Assembly: GCA_018822845.1 (NCBI GenBank)
Contig: JAHJJD010000018.1
Coordinates: 16,607 to 80,606 of the forward strand
Source: Gammaproteobacteria bacterium
Lineage (GTDB): Bacteria > Pseudomonadota > Gammaproteobacteria > Thiotrichales > Thiotrichaceae
Length of the DNA: 64,000 bases
Direction: 5' to 3'
The notes under the pieces are model-generated. The model made no database searches. It was not told where the DNA came from and was given only the letters and a program-made list of their open reading frames with translations. Within the stretch, counting starts at the first letter, position 1, and each line of letters opens with the position of its first letter. A program made the position numbers and the translations under genes. Below are positions 44,844 through 54,869 of this stretch, in pieces.

Positions 44844-46343
44844 TTAACTTTCTGCATTATTCTCATCCGCAAACCAAGGGGCGCGCGCTGTCATGATCAG
44901 ACTGGCGGCGCGTTGTTCATCAATGCCGGTAATTTCCATCAATTCATCAACTGCCTGTTCTGCCAAATCTTCCATTGTACAGACACCCGCAGTAGCAAGC
45001 TTGAAAGCCAGTTCATCATCCATGCCGTCCATATGCAGCAGGTCTTCAGCTGGCAAATGGGTGTCCTGGGAAATGGCCTGAGACAGAAGCGCGGTTTGGG
45101 CGCGATCACGCAATTCATTAATGATGTTTTCGTCGAAGCCTTCAATTTCCATGAACTCTTCGATCGGTACGTAAGCAACTTCTTCCAGTGTGGAAAAGCC
45201 TTCGTCCACCAGAATGGTAGCAACTTCTTCATCCACGTCCAGTTTTTCCCTGAACAGGTTAACGATGGCCTGTTGTTCTGCCAGGGTCTTGGCTTCGGCT
45301 TCCTCCACACTCATGACGTTGAGTGTCCAGCCCGTCAATTCGCTGGCGAGACGCACATTCTGACCACCGCGACCAATGGCCTGCGACAGCTTGTCTGCAT
45401 CGACACCGATGTCCATGGTTCTGGTTTCTTCGTCAACCACGATGGAAAGTACTTCCGCCGGGGCCATTGCATTCATGACGTAGGTGGCGATGTCATCATT
45501 CCACAGCACGATGTCAACACGTTCCTTGCCGCCCAGTTCGTTGGTCACGGTCTGGATACGGGAACCACGCATGCCGACACAAGCTCCGATCGGGTCGATA
45601 TTGGGCAGATTGGCACGCACGGCAACTTTCGCGCGGGAACCGGGATCACGGGCGGCACCCATGATGTCAATCATTTCCTGACTGACTTCCGGCACTTCCA
45701 GTTTCATCAGCTCGATCAGGAAATTGACATCCGCGCGGCTGATGATCATTTGCGGGCCACGCACATCCTGGCGAATTTCCTTGAGGTAGCCACGTACACG
45801 TGCGCCGGTATGCAGCATGTCTCCGGGAATCATTTCTTCGCGTGGAATGAATGCTTCCGCATTTTCACCCAGATCCAGTATGGTGCCCTTGCGGTCTGCC
45901 CGCTTGACCACACCCATGATCAACTGGCCAATCCGGTCACGGAAAGCGGAAACCACTTTCTCCCGCTCGGCTTCGCGCACCTTGGCAACGATAACCTGCT
46001 TGGCGGTCTGAGCTGCGATGCGCCCGAATTCAACGGAAGCAATCGGCTCTTCAATGTACTCGCCGATCTGTGCATCCAGCCCGCGATTTTTGGCATAGCT
46101 TTGCAATATCTGGCGCTCGGGGCTCTCGAATTCAGGGTCTTCATCATCAACGACCAACCAGCGGCGATATGTTTCATAGTCGCCGGTCTGACGGTTGACC
46201 GAGACGCGAACATCCATATTCATGCCATAACGTTTGCGGGTAGCCATAGCCAAGGCAGTTTCGACGGCCTGAAAAATCAGTTCCTTGCCAACATTCTTTT
46301 CATTTGATACAGCATCAACAACATAGAGAATTTCTTTATTCAT
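44844..46343 (-). CDS. nusA: Transcription elongation factor NusA
   Basis: FGRIAAQTAKQ, S1 and KH domains (ARDPGSRAK, AIGRGGQNVRLAS) and the AR domains. Confidence 0.98.
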   Translation of the reverse strand: MNKEILYVVDAVSNEKNVGKELIFQAVETALAMATRKRYGMNMDVRVSVNRQTGDYETYRRWLVVDDEDPEFESPERQILQSYAKNRGLDAQIGEYIEEPIASVEFGRIAAQTAKQVIVAKVREAEREKVVSAFRDRIGQLIMGVVKRADRKGTILDLGENAEAFIPREEMIPGDMLHTGARVRGYLKEIRQDVRGPQMIISRADVNFLIELMKLEVPEVSQEMIDIMGAARDPGSRAKVAVRANLPNIDPIGACVGMRGSRIQTVTNELGGKERVDIVLWNDDIATYVMNAMAPAEVLSIVVDEETRTMDIGVDADKLSQAIGRGGQNVRLASELTGWTLNVMSVEEAEAKTLAEQQAIVNLFREKLDVDEEVATILVDEGFSTLEEVAYVPIEEFMEIEGFDENIINELRDRAQTALLSQAISQDTHLPAEDLLHMDGMDDELAFKLATAGVCTMEDLAEQAVDELMEITGIDEQRAASLIMTARAPWFADENNAES

Positions 46344-46816
46344 GCGTGTTTACCGCCCTTGCGCTGAGGTCGAATATCCAAAACCAGTCTCCCGCGATCA
46401 ATGATGTCATACGGGATTTCATACGTATTACCCTCTACCTGCATGGTGACTTTCTCATCATCCACGGCAAGCAGTTTGCCAACGAAATTGCGTCGTTTTT
46501 CCACTGGCAGCCGGGTTCTGACTTTAATCTGCTTACCAATATAACAGGCATAATGGGCAGGAATGAATAGCACCCGATCCATGCCGGGGGAAGATACTTC
46601 AAGAATATAGGCAACCGGAATGAGGTCTTCCACATCAAGCGCTGCACTCAACTGATTACTGACCTTCCCACAATCATCCACCGTGATGCCATTTTCGGAA
46701 TCAATGAAGATGCGCAACAAGGCGCTTTCCTGCTGCGGGCGGTATTCATACCCCCACAGATCGTAACCGAGCCCGGTTACCGTTGTGTTAATCAGCGTAT
46801 CCAGTTGTTCCTGCAT
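46340..46816 (-). CDS. rimP: Ribosome maturation factor RimP
   Basis: LRIFID...GITVDDC, YILEVSSPGMDR. Real start is ATG 46816; the track's start lies inside the tRNA. Confidence 0.95.
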   Translation of the reverse strand: MQEQLDTLINTTVTGLGYDLWGYEYRPQQESALLRIFIDSENGITVDDCGKVSNQLSAALDVEDLIPVAYILEVSSPGMDRVLFIPAHYACYIGKQIKVRTRLPVEKRRNFVGKLLAVDDEKVTMQVEGNTYEIPYDIIDRGRLVLDIRPQRKGGKHA

Positions 46817-46849
46817 ACTTTTTTCGTACCTTTCCATATGGCAGATAAT

Positions 46850-46879
46850 AAAAAAGCCCCTGTATAGGGGCCTTTTTTT
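46850..46879 (-). terminator. Intrinsic terminator/attenuator between tRNA-fMet and rimP
   Basis: GCCCCT-N4-AGGGGC stem flanked by A and T tracts on both sides. Confidence 0.75.
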
Positions 46880-46882
46880 ATT

Positions 46883-46959
46883 TGGTAGCGGGGGCAGGAT
46901 TTGAACCTGCGACCTTCGGGTTATGAGCCCGACGAGCTGCCAGACTGCTCCACCCCGCA
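46883..46959 (-). tRNA. metY: Initiator tRNA-fMet (CAT)
   Basis: 77-nt cloverleaf TGCGGGGTGGAGCAG...GGGCTCATAACCC...TTCAAATCC...ACCA with three G-C pairs in the anticodon stem and an unpaired 1:72. Confidence 0.97.
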
Positions 46960-47024
46960 TCAGAGGTGTGCACTATAGAGAAAACCGGCTTGCCTTGCAA
47001 GGGCTATATCACCAGATTATGAAA

Positions 47025-47315
47025 TTAGCGGGCGTAACGGTAAATAAAGCCCGGAAACGCAAACACCAGAAACAAGGATAACGTGACAGCATAGAACTCC
47101 CAGTCCTGCGCATGTGCCGCCCCCATGGCGCGCTGCTCCAGCAACAAGGCCATGATGCCAACCACAAAATACAGTGCGAACCATTCCACCAACCGCATCC
47201 AGGCCGACTTTTTCTCACATTGCAGGATCAGGAAACAACGCTGACTCAACCATGGCAGGTTGGCCAATAAAAAAGCAATGGCAAGAAACCCCCATTGCAG
47301 TACCGGTAAACTCAT
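47025..47315 (-). CDS. DUF2818-family membrane protein downstream of nuoN
   Basis: LANLPW, RLVEW, QDWEFYAVT and FPGFIYRY; ATGA overlap with the nuoN stop. Confidence 0.8.
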   Translation of the reverse strand: MSLPVLQWGFLAIAFLLANLPWLSQRCFLILQCEKKSAWMRLVEWFALYFVVGIMALLLEQRAMGAAHAQDWEFYAVTLSLFLVFAFPGFIYRYAR

Positions 47316-48751
47316 AAATGACTTGCGACCATTGCTGCTGAACAAATACCCATCAGGGCGCTTGGGAAGATGCCCAGCACCACCATGAGCACACCATTTA
47401 CACTGATCAGCACATTAAAATCAAGTTCTGCATTGATTGGATCGCTATTATCCGGCTTGTCGAAATACATCATCTTGATCGCGCGCAGGTAGTAGAACGC
47501 CCCGATAACCGACATGACCACCATGAACACGGCTGGCCACAGGTAACCAGCCTGCATGACTGCCTGAATGATCGACAGCTTGGCGTAGAAGCCAACAGTT
47601 GGCGGAATGCCCGCCATGGAGAACAGCAACAGCATCATGATGAAGGCATACCAAGGGTTGCGCTCGTTCAAACCCTTGATGTCATCCAGCGTTTCAGCCT
47701 CGAAACCTTCCTTGCCCAACAGCACCAGAATCGCGAAGCCACCTGCCGCCGTCATGGCATAGGTAATGGTATAGAACAGCGCCGCACTGTAACCTTCGGT
47801 AGAACCACTCAAGGCACCCAGCAGAATGAAGCCCATGTGCGCAATGGTCGAATACGCAAACATGCGTTTCAGATTGAATTGTGCAATCGCTATCAGGTTA
47901 CCGAGGAATACCGACAGCAAACCAAACACCAGCAACATTTGCGCCCAGGCAGGGTTGGCCAGACCAACAGACTCGGCCAACACACGCAGCAACATGGCCA
48001 GCGCGGCCACTTTTGGCACGCTTCCCAGGAACATGGTAACGGCAGTAGGTGCACCCTGATAGACATCAGGTACCCACATGTGGAAAGGCACTGCACCAAA
48101 CTTGAAGGCAATACCGGCAACCACGAAGACCAGCGCGAACAGTAACGGCAGGTTCGTCATCACCTGTTGCCCGCTGACGTAAGCAGCAACACCGGCAATA
48201 TCCAGCCTGCCACTCAAGCCATAGAGTATGGAGAAACCGTACAGCAACAAGCCAGAGGCAATCGCACCCAATACAAAATACTTCATCGCCGCTTCGCTTG
48301 AACGTCCGTCATCACGGTTGAACGCCACCAGCGTGTACATGGATAGTGCCAATAATTCCAGCCCCAGATAAATCACCAGCAGGCTGTTGGCCGAAGCCAT
48401 CACCATCATGCCCAACACCGCGAACAAGGCCAGCAGGAAGAATTCACTCTTCCAGAGATTCTTGTCCTTCAAATATTTACGGGCATAGACGAAAACACCG
48501 GCAGCCAGCAGCAAGATACTGATTTTGAGCACGCTCCCCAGATCGTCACGCACATACATGTCATTCAGGCCAGTGATTTTCTCACCACCCAAACGGCTGT
48601 AAACAAGCAGGGCTGTCGCCAGCAGGGCCACCTGTGACAGCAAGTACGTCACCATCCGGCAATCTTCTTTCAGGAACAAGTCGATCAGCAAAATAAGGCA
48701 GATCGTGCAAAGCAGGAAAATTTCCGGGGTCGCAATTGCAATGTTGACCAT
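47312..48751 (-). CDS. nuoN: NADH-quinone oxidoreductase subunit N
   Basis: SSEAAMKYFVLGA, FKFGAVPFHMWVPDVY, KRMFAYSTIAH; TAATG overlap with nuoM. Confidence 0.95.
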   Translation of the reverse strand: MVNIAIATPEIFLLCTICLILLIDLFLKEDCRMVTYLLSQVALLATALLVYSRLGGEKITGLNDMYVRDDLGSVLKISILLLAAGVFVYARKYLKDKNLWKSEFFLLALFAVLGMMVMASANSLLVIYLGLELLALSMYTLVAFNRDDGRSSEAAMKYFVLGAIASGLLLYGFSILYGLSGRLDIAGVAAYVSGQQVMTNLPLLFALVFVVAGIAFKFGAVPFHMWVPDVYQGAPTAVTMFLGSVPKVAALAMLLRVLAESVGLANPAWAQMLLVFGLLSVFLGNLIAIAQFNLKRMFAYSTIAHMGFILLGALSGSTEGYSAALFYTITYAMTAAGGFAILVLLGKEGFEAETLDDIKGLNERNPWYAFIMMLLLFSMAGIPPTVGFYAKLSIIQAVMQAGYLWPAVFMVVMSVIGAFYYLRAIKMMYFDKPDNSDPINAELDFNVLISVNGVLMVVLGIFPSALMGICSAAMVASHL

Positions 48752-50346
48752 TATAGGCATCCTCCCACCAGAGCTCCGACACATGCCTTGCTTTGCAAAG
48801 CCTGCATTAACAGGTTCTCAATTGACACTTCCATAACATCCGTCAGTGGTTGTGGCCATAAGCCCAGAAGCAAGACGGCTCCAGCCAGCAACGCCAGCAT
48901 GATGAACTCCCGTTGGTTGATGTCCTGCAACTCGGCTACCTCACCATTCCTGATGTCGCCGAACATGACCCGCTTCACCAGCCACAAGGTATAGGCCGCC
49001 CCAACAATCAGGGTAGTTGCCGCCAGTATCGCCACCCACACATTGGCCTTGAAGCTGGCCAGAATCACCATGAATTCACCAACGAAACCCGACGTTCCCG
49101 GCAAACCGGTATTGGCCATAGCGAACAGCACGTAAAAAGCTGCAAACATCGGCATCCGGTTGACCACACCACCATAGGCATTGATGTCTCGGGTATGCAT
49201 CCGGTCATACAACACCCCGATACAAAGGAACATCGCGCCGGAAATGAAACCATGCGACACCATCTGCACCATGCCACCCTGCATTGCCAGAATGGCACTA
49301 TCAAAACGGCCATCTGCCATCTGCGCAGCCAGATCGAAAGGTACGCCCTCAGGTGCTACCCGGTCACCGATGACATAGCGGGCAATACCATAAACGGCAA
49401 AGAAACCCAGCGTCACAAACCCCATGTGCGCGATGGAAGAATACGCCACCAGCTTTTTCATGTCCTGTTGCACCAGCGCTACGAAGCCTATATACACAAT
49501 CGCAGTCAGGGACAGGAGCATCACCAGCCAGTCAAGCTGAGCCGCCGCATCCGGCACAATTGGCAGCGCAAACCGCAGGAATGCGTAGCCACCCACTTTC
49601 AGGGTAATTGCCGCCAGAATGACCGAACCACCCGTAGGCGCTTCGACGTGCGCATCCGGCAACCAGGTATGCACCGGCCACATAGGCACTTTCACCCCAA
49701 ACGCCAGCAAAAAGGACAGGAATATCAGTATCTGTGGCGTAAGCTCGATTGGCTGCTTGTGCAGATCCGCAACCGCAAAACTTCCGCCAAGCTGATACAG
49801 GTAGATCAGGCTGATCAACAGGAAAACCGAACCAAAGAAGGTATACAGGAAAAACTTGATACTGGCGTAAACCCGGCGCGGGCCACCCCAGATACCGATG
49901 ATCAGGAACAGCGGAATCAGCATGCCTTCAAAGAAGATATAGAACAGCATGGCATCCAGTGAAACGAACACACCATTGACCAGCCCTTCCATGATCAGAA
50001 AAGCAGCCATGTACTGGGAAATCCGGTAGGTAATGACTTCCCAACCAGCAATGACCACCAACACCGTGATGAACGTATTCAGCAAGATCAACGGCATGGA
50101 AATACCATCAACACCCAGATGGTAATTAATCCTGAAAGTCTCTACCCAAGGCAACAGCTCTACAAACTGCATGTTGGCCGTTGTCGCATCAAAGCCGGTA
50201 TATAGCGGCAGGCTGAGCAAAAATGTCAGCGCAGCAATTCCCAGCGCAAACTGTTTGGCACCAAAACGGTCACCAACAATTAACACCCCGATACCACCGA
50301 CGATGGGCAGCCAGATCAGAAAACTCAGTAATGGCAAATCAAGCAT
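48751..50346 (-). CDS. nuoM: NADH-quinone oxidoreductase subunit M
   Basis: LGVDGIS, FFEGMLIP, VKVPMWPVHTWLPDAHVEAPT and KKLVAYSS. Confidence 0.97.
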   Translation of the reverse strand: MLDLPLLSFLIWLPIVGGIGVLIVGDRFGAKQFALGIAALTFLLSLPLYTGFDATTANMQFVELLPWVETFRINYHLGVDGISMPLILLNTFITVLVVIAGWEVITYRISQYMAAFLIMEGLVNGVFVSLDAMLFYIFFEGMLIPLFLIIGIWGGPRRVYASIKFFLYTFFGSVFLLISLIYLYQLGGSFAVADLHKQPIELTPQILIFLSFLLAFGVKVPMWPVHTWLPDAHVEAPTGGSVILAAITLKVGGYAFLRFALPIVPDAAAQLDWLVMLLSLTAIVYIGFVALVQQDMKKLVAYSSIAHMGFVTLGFFAVYGIARYVIGDRVAPEGVPFDLAAQMADGRFDSAILAMQGGMVQMVSHGFISGAMFLCIGVLYDRMHTRDINAYGGVVNRMPMFAAFYVLFAMANTGLPGTSGFVGEFMVILASFKANVWVAILAATTLIVGAAYTLWLVKRVMFGDIRNGEVAELQDINQREFIMLALLAGAVLLLGLWPQPLTDVMEVSIENLLMQALQSKACVGALVGGCL

Positions 50347-50374
50347 GTGTATTTCCAGGTAAAACCAACGGAGC

Positions 50375-52363
50375 CTAGAAGAACAGGAACCAGGTAATCA
50401 TCAACAGGATTCCCACTACCATCGAAAATGCATAGTGGTACAGATAGCCGGTCTGAACTTGTCGCGTCACACCCGCGAACCACTCAACCGCCTTGGCCGA
50501 ACCATTCACGACCAGACCGTCGATGATCAGACGTTCGCCCAGCGACCACAGACCATTCCCCAGATTGAGTGAACCCTTGGCGAACACTTTCTGGTTGAAA
50601 TCATCCATGTAGTACTTGTTGTCCAGCAGGGAATGCAACCAGCGGAACTTGTTGTAAGCCCAGTCGGCAATGGAATCATTTTTCATATAGATGTACCAGG
50701 CAGCCGCCAGACCAGACATAGCCAGCCAGAATGGCGGAGCCATCAGGCCATGCAGGATGAAACCGACCACACCATGATACCCATGGCTGATTTCCTCAAT
50801 CGCCAGATGGGAAGACAACCACCCTTTCAAACCAGGGTCGAACTGATGCGCTGAGTCATTCACATGAATGGCATCCTTGAAAAAGTCGCCCACCACCATC
50901 GGGTCCAGCAGATAACCGGCAAACACCGACGGAATTGCCAGCATGATCAGTGGCACAGTCACAACCCAGGGCGATTCGTGCAAATGATGCATGGTATGGT
51001 CATCCATGCGCTCTTCCCCATGGAACACCAGGAAAAACATGCGGAAACTGTAAAATGCCGTCACAAACACACCCAGCAACACCAGCACATAGGCATAGCC
51101 CGCAGCCGCCAGATGGGACTCATGCACGGCTTCGATGATCAAATCCTTGGAGAAGAAACCCGAGAATCCGGGGAAACCGATCAAGGCCAACGAGCCTACC
51201 AGCGATGTCCAGTAGGTAATTGGCATGTATTTTTTCAACCCGCCCATCTTGCGAATGTCCTGCTCATGGTGCATGGCAATGATCACGGAACCTGCCGCCA
51301 GGAACAGTAGCGCCTTGAAGAACGCATGCGTCATCAGGTGGAACACTGCCGCCGAGTAAGCCGAAGCCCCCAGCGCCACCGTCATGTAACCAAGCTGGGA
51401 CAGCGTGGAATACGCCACCACCCGCTTGATGTCATTTTGCACAATACCAATCAATCCCATGAAGAATGCAGTCGTCGCACCAATCACCAGAATCACATTC
51501 AGCGCCGTATCAGACATTTCAAAGATAGGTGACATGCGCGCCACCATGAAAATGCCCGCTGTCACCATGGTCGCCGCATGGATCAGGGCCGAAATCGGCG
51601 TGGGGCCTTCCATCGAATCCGGCAGCCAAACATGCAGTGGAACCTGGGCAGACTTGCCCATCGCGCCGATGAACAACAGGATGGCGATGAACGTCACTAC
51701 ATTCCATTTGATACCGGGCAGAACTTCCAGATCGGAACCGGTAAACTCATGGATACGCTCGAACACCTGCACATAATCCAGCGTACCGCAATACATCAGG
51801 ATCGCAGCAATCCCCAGCAGGAAGCCAAAGTCACCGACACGGTTGACCAGAAATGCCTTCATGTTGGCGTAAATTGCCGTCTCTTTCTTGTACCAGAACC
51901 CGATCAGCAGGTAGGACACCAGGCCCACAGCCTCCCAACCGAAGAACAACTGCATGAAGTTATTACTCATGACCAGCATCAGCATGGAGAAGGTGAACAA
52001 CGAAATGTAACTGAAAAAGCGCTGATAACCGGGATCATCATGCATATAGCCGATGGTGTAGATATGCACCATCAGGGAAACGAAGGTCACCACCAGCATC
52101 ATCATCACGGTCAGGTTATCGAGCAGGAACCCGACCTCAAAATGGATGTTGCCAACCACCGCCCACGTGTACACCGGGCCATTGAAACTATTGCCGTTGA
52201 AGATGACATCATTCGCCACCACCACCGACAGCAGGAAAGCCGCCGCCACGCCCAGGATCGTGATCCAGTGCGCCCCCCCGCGCCCGACTTTCCAGCCGAA
52301 CAGCCCTGCAACGACCGCCCCGAGCAAAGGCGCAAGTGGAATTGCCAGATAAATCGCTTCCAT
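50375..52363 (-). CDS. nuoL: NADH-quinone oxidoreductase subunit L
   Basis: FFGWEAVGL, GKSAQVPLHVWLPDSMEGPTP and HAFFKALLFL. Confidence 0.97.
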   Translation of the reverse strand: MEAIYLAIPLAPLLGAVVAGLFGWKVGRGGAHWITILGVAAAFLLSVVVANDVIFNGNSFNGPVYTWAVVGNIHFEVGFLLDNLTVMMMLVVTFVSLMVHIYTIGYMHDDPGYQRFFSYISLFTFSMLMLVMSNNFMQLFFGWEAVGLVSYLLIGFWYKKETAIYANMKAFLVNRVGDFGFLLGIAAILMYCGTLDYVQVFERIHEFTGSDLEVLPGIKWNVVTFIAILLFIGAMGKSAQVPLHVWLPDSMEGPTPISALIHAATMVTAGIFMVARMSPIFEMSDTALNVILVIGATTAFFMGLIGIVQNDIKRVVAYSTLSQLGYMTVALGASAYSAAVFHLMTHAFFKALLFLAAGSVIIAMHHEQDIRKMGGLKKYMPITYWTSLVGSLALIGFPGFSGFFSKDLIIEAVHESHLAAAGYAYVLVLLGVFVTAFYSFRMFFLVFHGEERMDDHTMHHLHESPWVVTVPLIMLAIPSVFAGYLLDPMVVGDFFKDAIHVNDSAHQFDPGLKGWLSSHLAIEEISHGYHGVVGFILHGLMAPPFWLAMSGLAAAWYIYMKNDSIADWAYNKFRWLHSLLDNKYYMDDFNQKVFAKGSLNLGNGLWSLGERLIIDGLVVNGSAKAVEWFAGVTRQVQTGYLYHYAFSMVVGILLMITWFLFF

Positions 52364-52367
52364 TCCC

Positions 52368-52673
52368 TTACCCCTTCATCGAATCAAGTTCTTGGACATT
52401 GATCGTGCGCCGGTTACGGAATAGCGTAACCAGGATCGCCAGACCAATCGCCGCTTCCGCCGCCGCCACCGTCAGGATGAAGAACACAAACACCTGCCCG
52501 GCCATATCCCCCAGATAATGGGAGAAAGCGATAAAGTTCAGATTCACCGACAATAGCATCAACTCGATGCACATCAGCAGGATCAACATATTCTTGCGGT
52601 TCAGGAACATGCCCGCCACGCTGATGGAAAACAGCAACGCAGCAACAATCAGGAAGTGTGACAAAGGAATCAT
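52368..52673 (-). CDS. nuoK: NADH-quinone oxidoreductase subunit K
   Basis: LMCIELML and [12 protein letters not shown]. Confidence 0.97.
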   Translation of the reverse strand: MIPLSHFLIVAALLFSISVAGMFLNRKNMLILLMCIELMLLSVNLNFIAFSHYLGDMAGQVFVFFILTVAAAEAAIGLAILVTLFRNRRTINVQELDSMKG

Positions 52674-53272
52674 GCTTCTTTCCCGCTCCTTTCAGCCTTC
52701 ATTTTCACCAGACGGACGCGATCCTCCCTGCGTACCTGCACCTGCTGACTGATGTCCTGTTTCCGGGCATCAGGGCGGCGGCGCAAGGTCAGCACAATCG
52801 CAGCAATGATCGCCACGACCAGAATGACAGCAGCAATCTCGAATGGATATACATAATCGGTATACAGAATTTCACCCAGCGCTTCCGTGTTGTTGGCTGG
52901 CGCTGGCGCTGCTGGCTGGGTAGCCCCAAACGGCCCGCTTTGCAGCACCAGAATCATTTCCACTGCCACCACGGCGGCCACCAGCAAGCCAACCGGCAAA
53001 TACCGCGCAAACCCCTCCTTCAACAGGTCAAGGTTCAAGTCCAGCATCATGATGACAAACAGGAACAGCACCATGACCGCCCCCACGTACACCAGTACCA
53101 GCACGATGCCGAGGAATTCCGCTTCCAGCAGCAACCACAAGGCGGCACTGGTAAAAAAGCTCAGTATCAGGCACAGCGCTGCGTAGATCGGGTTGCGCAC
53201 TGTCACCATCCCCGCTGCCGCTATTACCAGCACTCCGGCGAAGAGATAAAAGATGATCTGCTCAAATGTCAT
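52670..53272 (-). CDS. nuoJ: NADH-quinone oxidoreductase subunit J
   Basis: [25 protein letters not shown] and YVYPFE. Confidence 0.97.
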   Translation of the reverse strand: MTFEQIIFYLFAGVLVIAAAGMVTVRNPIYAALCLILSFFTSAALWLLLEAEFLGIVLVLVYVGAVMVLFLFVIMMLDLNLDLLKEGFARYLPVGLLVAAVVAVEMILVLQSGPFGATQPAAPAPANNTEALGEILYTDYVYPFEIAAVILVVAIIAAIVLTLRRRPDARKQDISQQVQVRREDRVRLVKMKAERSGKEA

Positions 53273-53293
53273 GCTTGGGTATACTCCCCTGCC

Positions 53294-53785
53294 TTAACGG
53301 TACGGTGCGTCGGCTGCTTTCATTTTGGCGATTTTCTCTTCGTACTTGTCGCCAACTGCCAGCAGTTTGTCTTTGGTCATGATGTTCTCACCGCGATTTT
53401 CGAAGTGGTACTCGAAAATATCGGTTTCGACAATGGCATCTACCGGGCAGGCTTCCTCACAGAAACCGCAGTAAATACACTTGAACATGTCGATGTCATA
53501 GCGCGTGGTACGACGTGTGCCGTCCGGGCGCTCTTCCAGCTCAATGGTAATCGCCAGCGCCGGGCAAACCGCTTCGCACAGCTTGCAGGCAATGCAGCGC
53601 TCTTCCCCGTTAGGGTAGCGGCGCAAGGCATGATGCCCCCGGAAACGCGGCGAAATCGGCGTTTTCTCTTCCGGGTACTGAATCGTAAACTTGCAGTCAA
53701 ACAAGTACTTGCCTGTTACGCTCATGCCTTTCATCAACTCTTGCAGGCTGAACGTTTTGAGATAATGTTTCAGATTGAAACCCAT
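53294..53785 (-). CDS. nuoI: NADH-quinone oxidoreductase subunit I
   Basis: Two ferredoxin motifs, [12 protein letters not shown] and [12 protein letters not shown]. Confidence 0.97.
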   Translation of the reverse strand: MGFNLKHYLKTFSLQELMKGMSVTGKYLFDCKFTIQYPEEKTPISPRFRGHHALRRYPNGEERCIACKLCEAVCPALAITIELEERPDGTRRTTRYDIDMFKCIYCGFCEEACPVDAIVETDIFEYHFENRGENIMTKDKLLAVGDKYEEKIAKMKAADAPYR

Positions 53786-53795
53786 ATCGGCCTCC

Positions 53796-54866
53796 TTACA
53801 GCCACGGCTGCCAGCCAAGGGCCACTGCCAGACCCTCGCCGAAAATCCACACCAGCGTCACCGGGATCAGCACTTTCCAGCCCAAGCGCATGATCTGGTC
53901 ATAGCGATAGCGCGGGAAAGTGGCGCGGAACCAGAAAAACAGCAGCATGAAGAACGATGCCTTCAACAGCAGCCAGTGAATGCCGTTACCAAAGAACAAC
54001 CCGATAACAGGCGTCTCGGTCAGGAATGTCAAACCCTGGAACGGCGACAACCAGCCACCCAGGAACATCAGCGCGGTCAGCGCAGAAATCAGCCACATAT
54101 TGGCGTATTCCGCGAGGAAGAAAATCGAGAACGCCATACCGGAATATTCCACATGGAAACCCGCCACGATCTCGGATTCGCCCTCCGCGACATCGAAGGG
54201 CGCACGGTTGGTTTCCGCCACCCCGGAAATGAAATACACCAGGAACAGACCAAACAGCGGCCACACAAACCAGCTAAAGATGCTGCCGGACTGTGCCATC
54301 ACGATGTCGCCCAAGTTCAGGCTGCCGGATGCCATCAGCACCCCGACCAGCGCAAAACCCATGGCAATTTCGTAGGAAACCATCTGCGCCCCGATACGCA
54401 GGGCAGACAGTTGCGCGTACTTGGAGTTGGATGCCCAGCCCGCAAGGATAACGCCGTAGACCCCCAATGAAGTCAGCGCCAGCAGGAACAGCAAACCGGC
54501 ATTCACATTCGCCAGCACCATGCCATCATCGAACGGGATCACCGCCCAGGCCGCAAACGCAGGCCCCATCGCCAGCAACGGCGCAATCAGGAACAGGAAC
54601 CGGTTGGATTTGGCCGGAATCACGATTTCCTTGAAAATCAGCTTGAACATGTCCGCAAACGGCTGCAACAAGCCCTTGAAACCAACCCGGTTCGGCCCCA
54701 GACGTACCTGCATGTAACCGATGATCTTGCGCTCAGCGTAAGTCGCGTAAGCCACCAGCAGGATCAGCGGCAGCACGATCGCCACGATCTTGAGCACGAT
54801 CACCACCAGCAGCGCCATCCAGTCAGGCAGGAAGCTGGATAACAGGTTGTTTAAAAATTCGACCAT
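53796..54866 (-). CDS. nuoH: NADH-quinone oxidoreductase subunit H
   Basis: [39 protein letters not shown] and TFPRYRYDQ. Confidence 0.97.
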   Translation of the reverse strand: MVEFLNNLLSSFLPDWMALLVVIVLKIVAIVLPLILLVAYATYAERKIIGYMQVRLGPNRVGFKGLLQPFADMFKLIFKEIVIPAKSNRFLFLIAPLLAMGPAFAAWAVIPFDDGMVLANVNAGLLFLLALTSLGVYGVILAGWASNSKYAQLSALRIGAQMVSYEIAMGFALVGVLMASGSLNLGDIVMAQSGSIFSWFVWPLFGLFLVYFISGVAETNRAPFDVAEGESEIVAGFHVEYSGMAFSIFFLAEYANMWLISALTALMFLGGWLSPFQGLTFLTETPVIGLFFGNGIHWLLLKASFFMLLFFWFRATFPRYRYDQIMRLGWKVLIPVTLVWIFGEGLAVALGWQPWL

Positions 54867-54869
54867 AGC

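Noticed and set aside
46817-46960. Long N-terminal extension of RimP in the ORF track
   Set aside because: It runs through tRNA-fMet and its terminator; the real start is ATG 46816.
49330-49360. GVPFDLAAQ in NuoM resembling the repeat-encoded VPFDSAQG
   Set aside because: The DNA lacks the CTTCGACTC-GCTCAG core and any palindrome; the similarity is probably coincidental.
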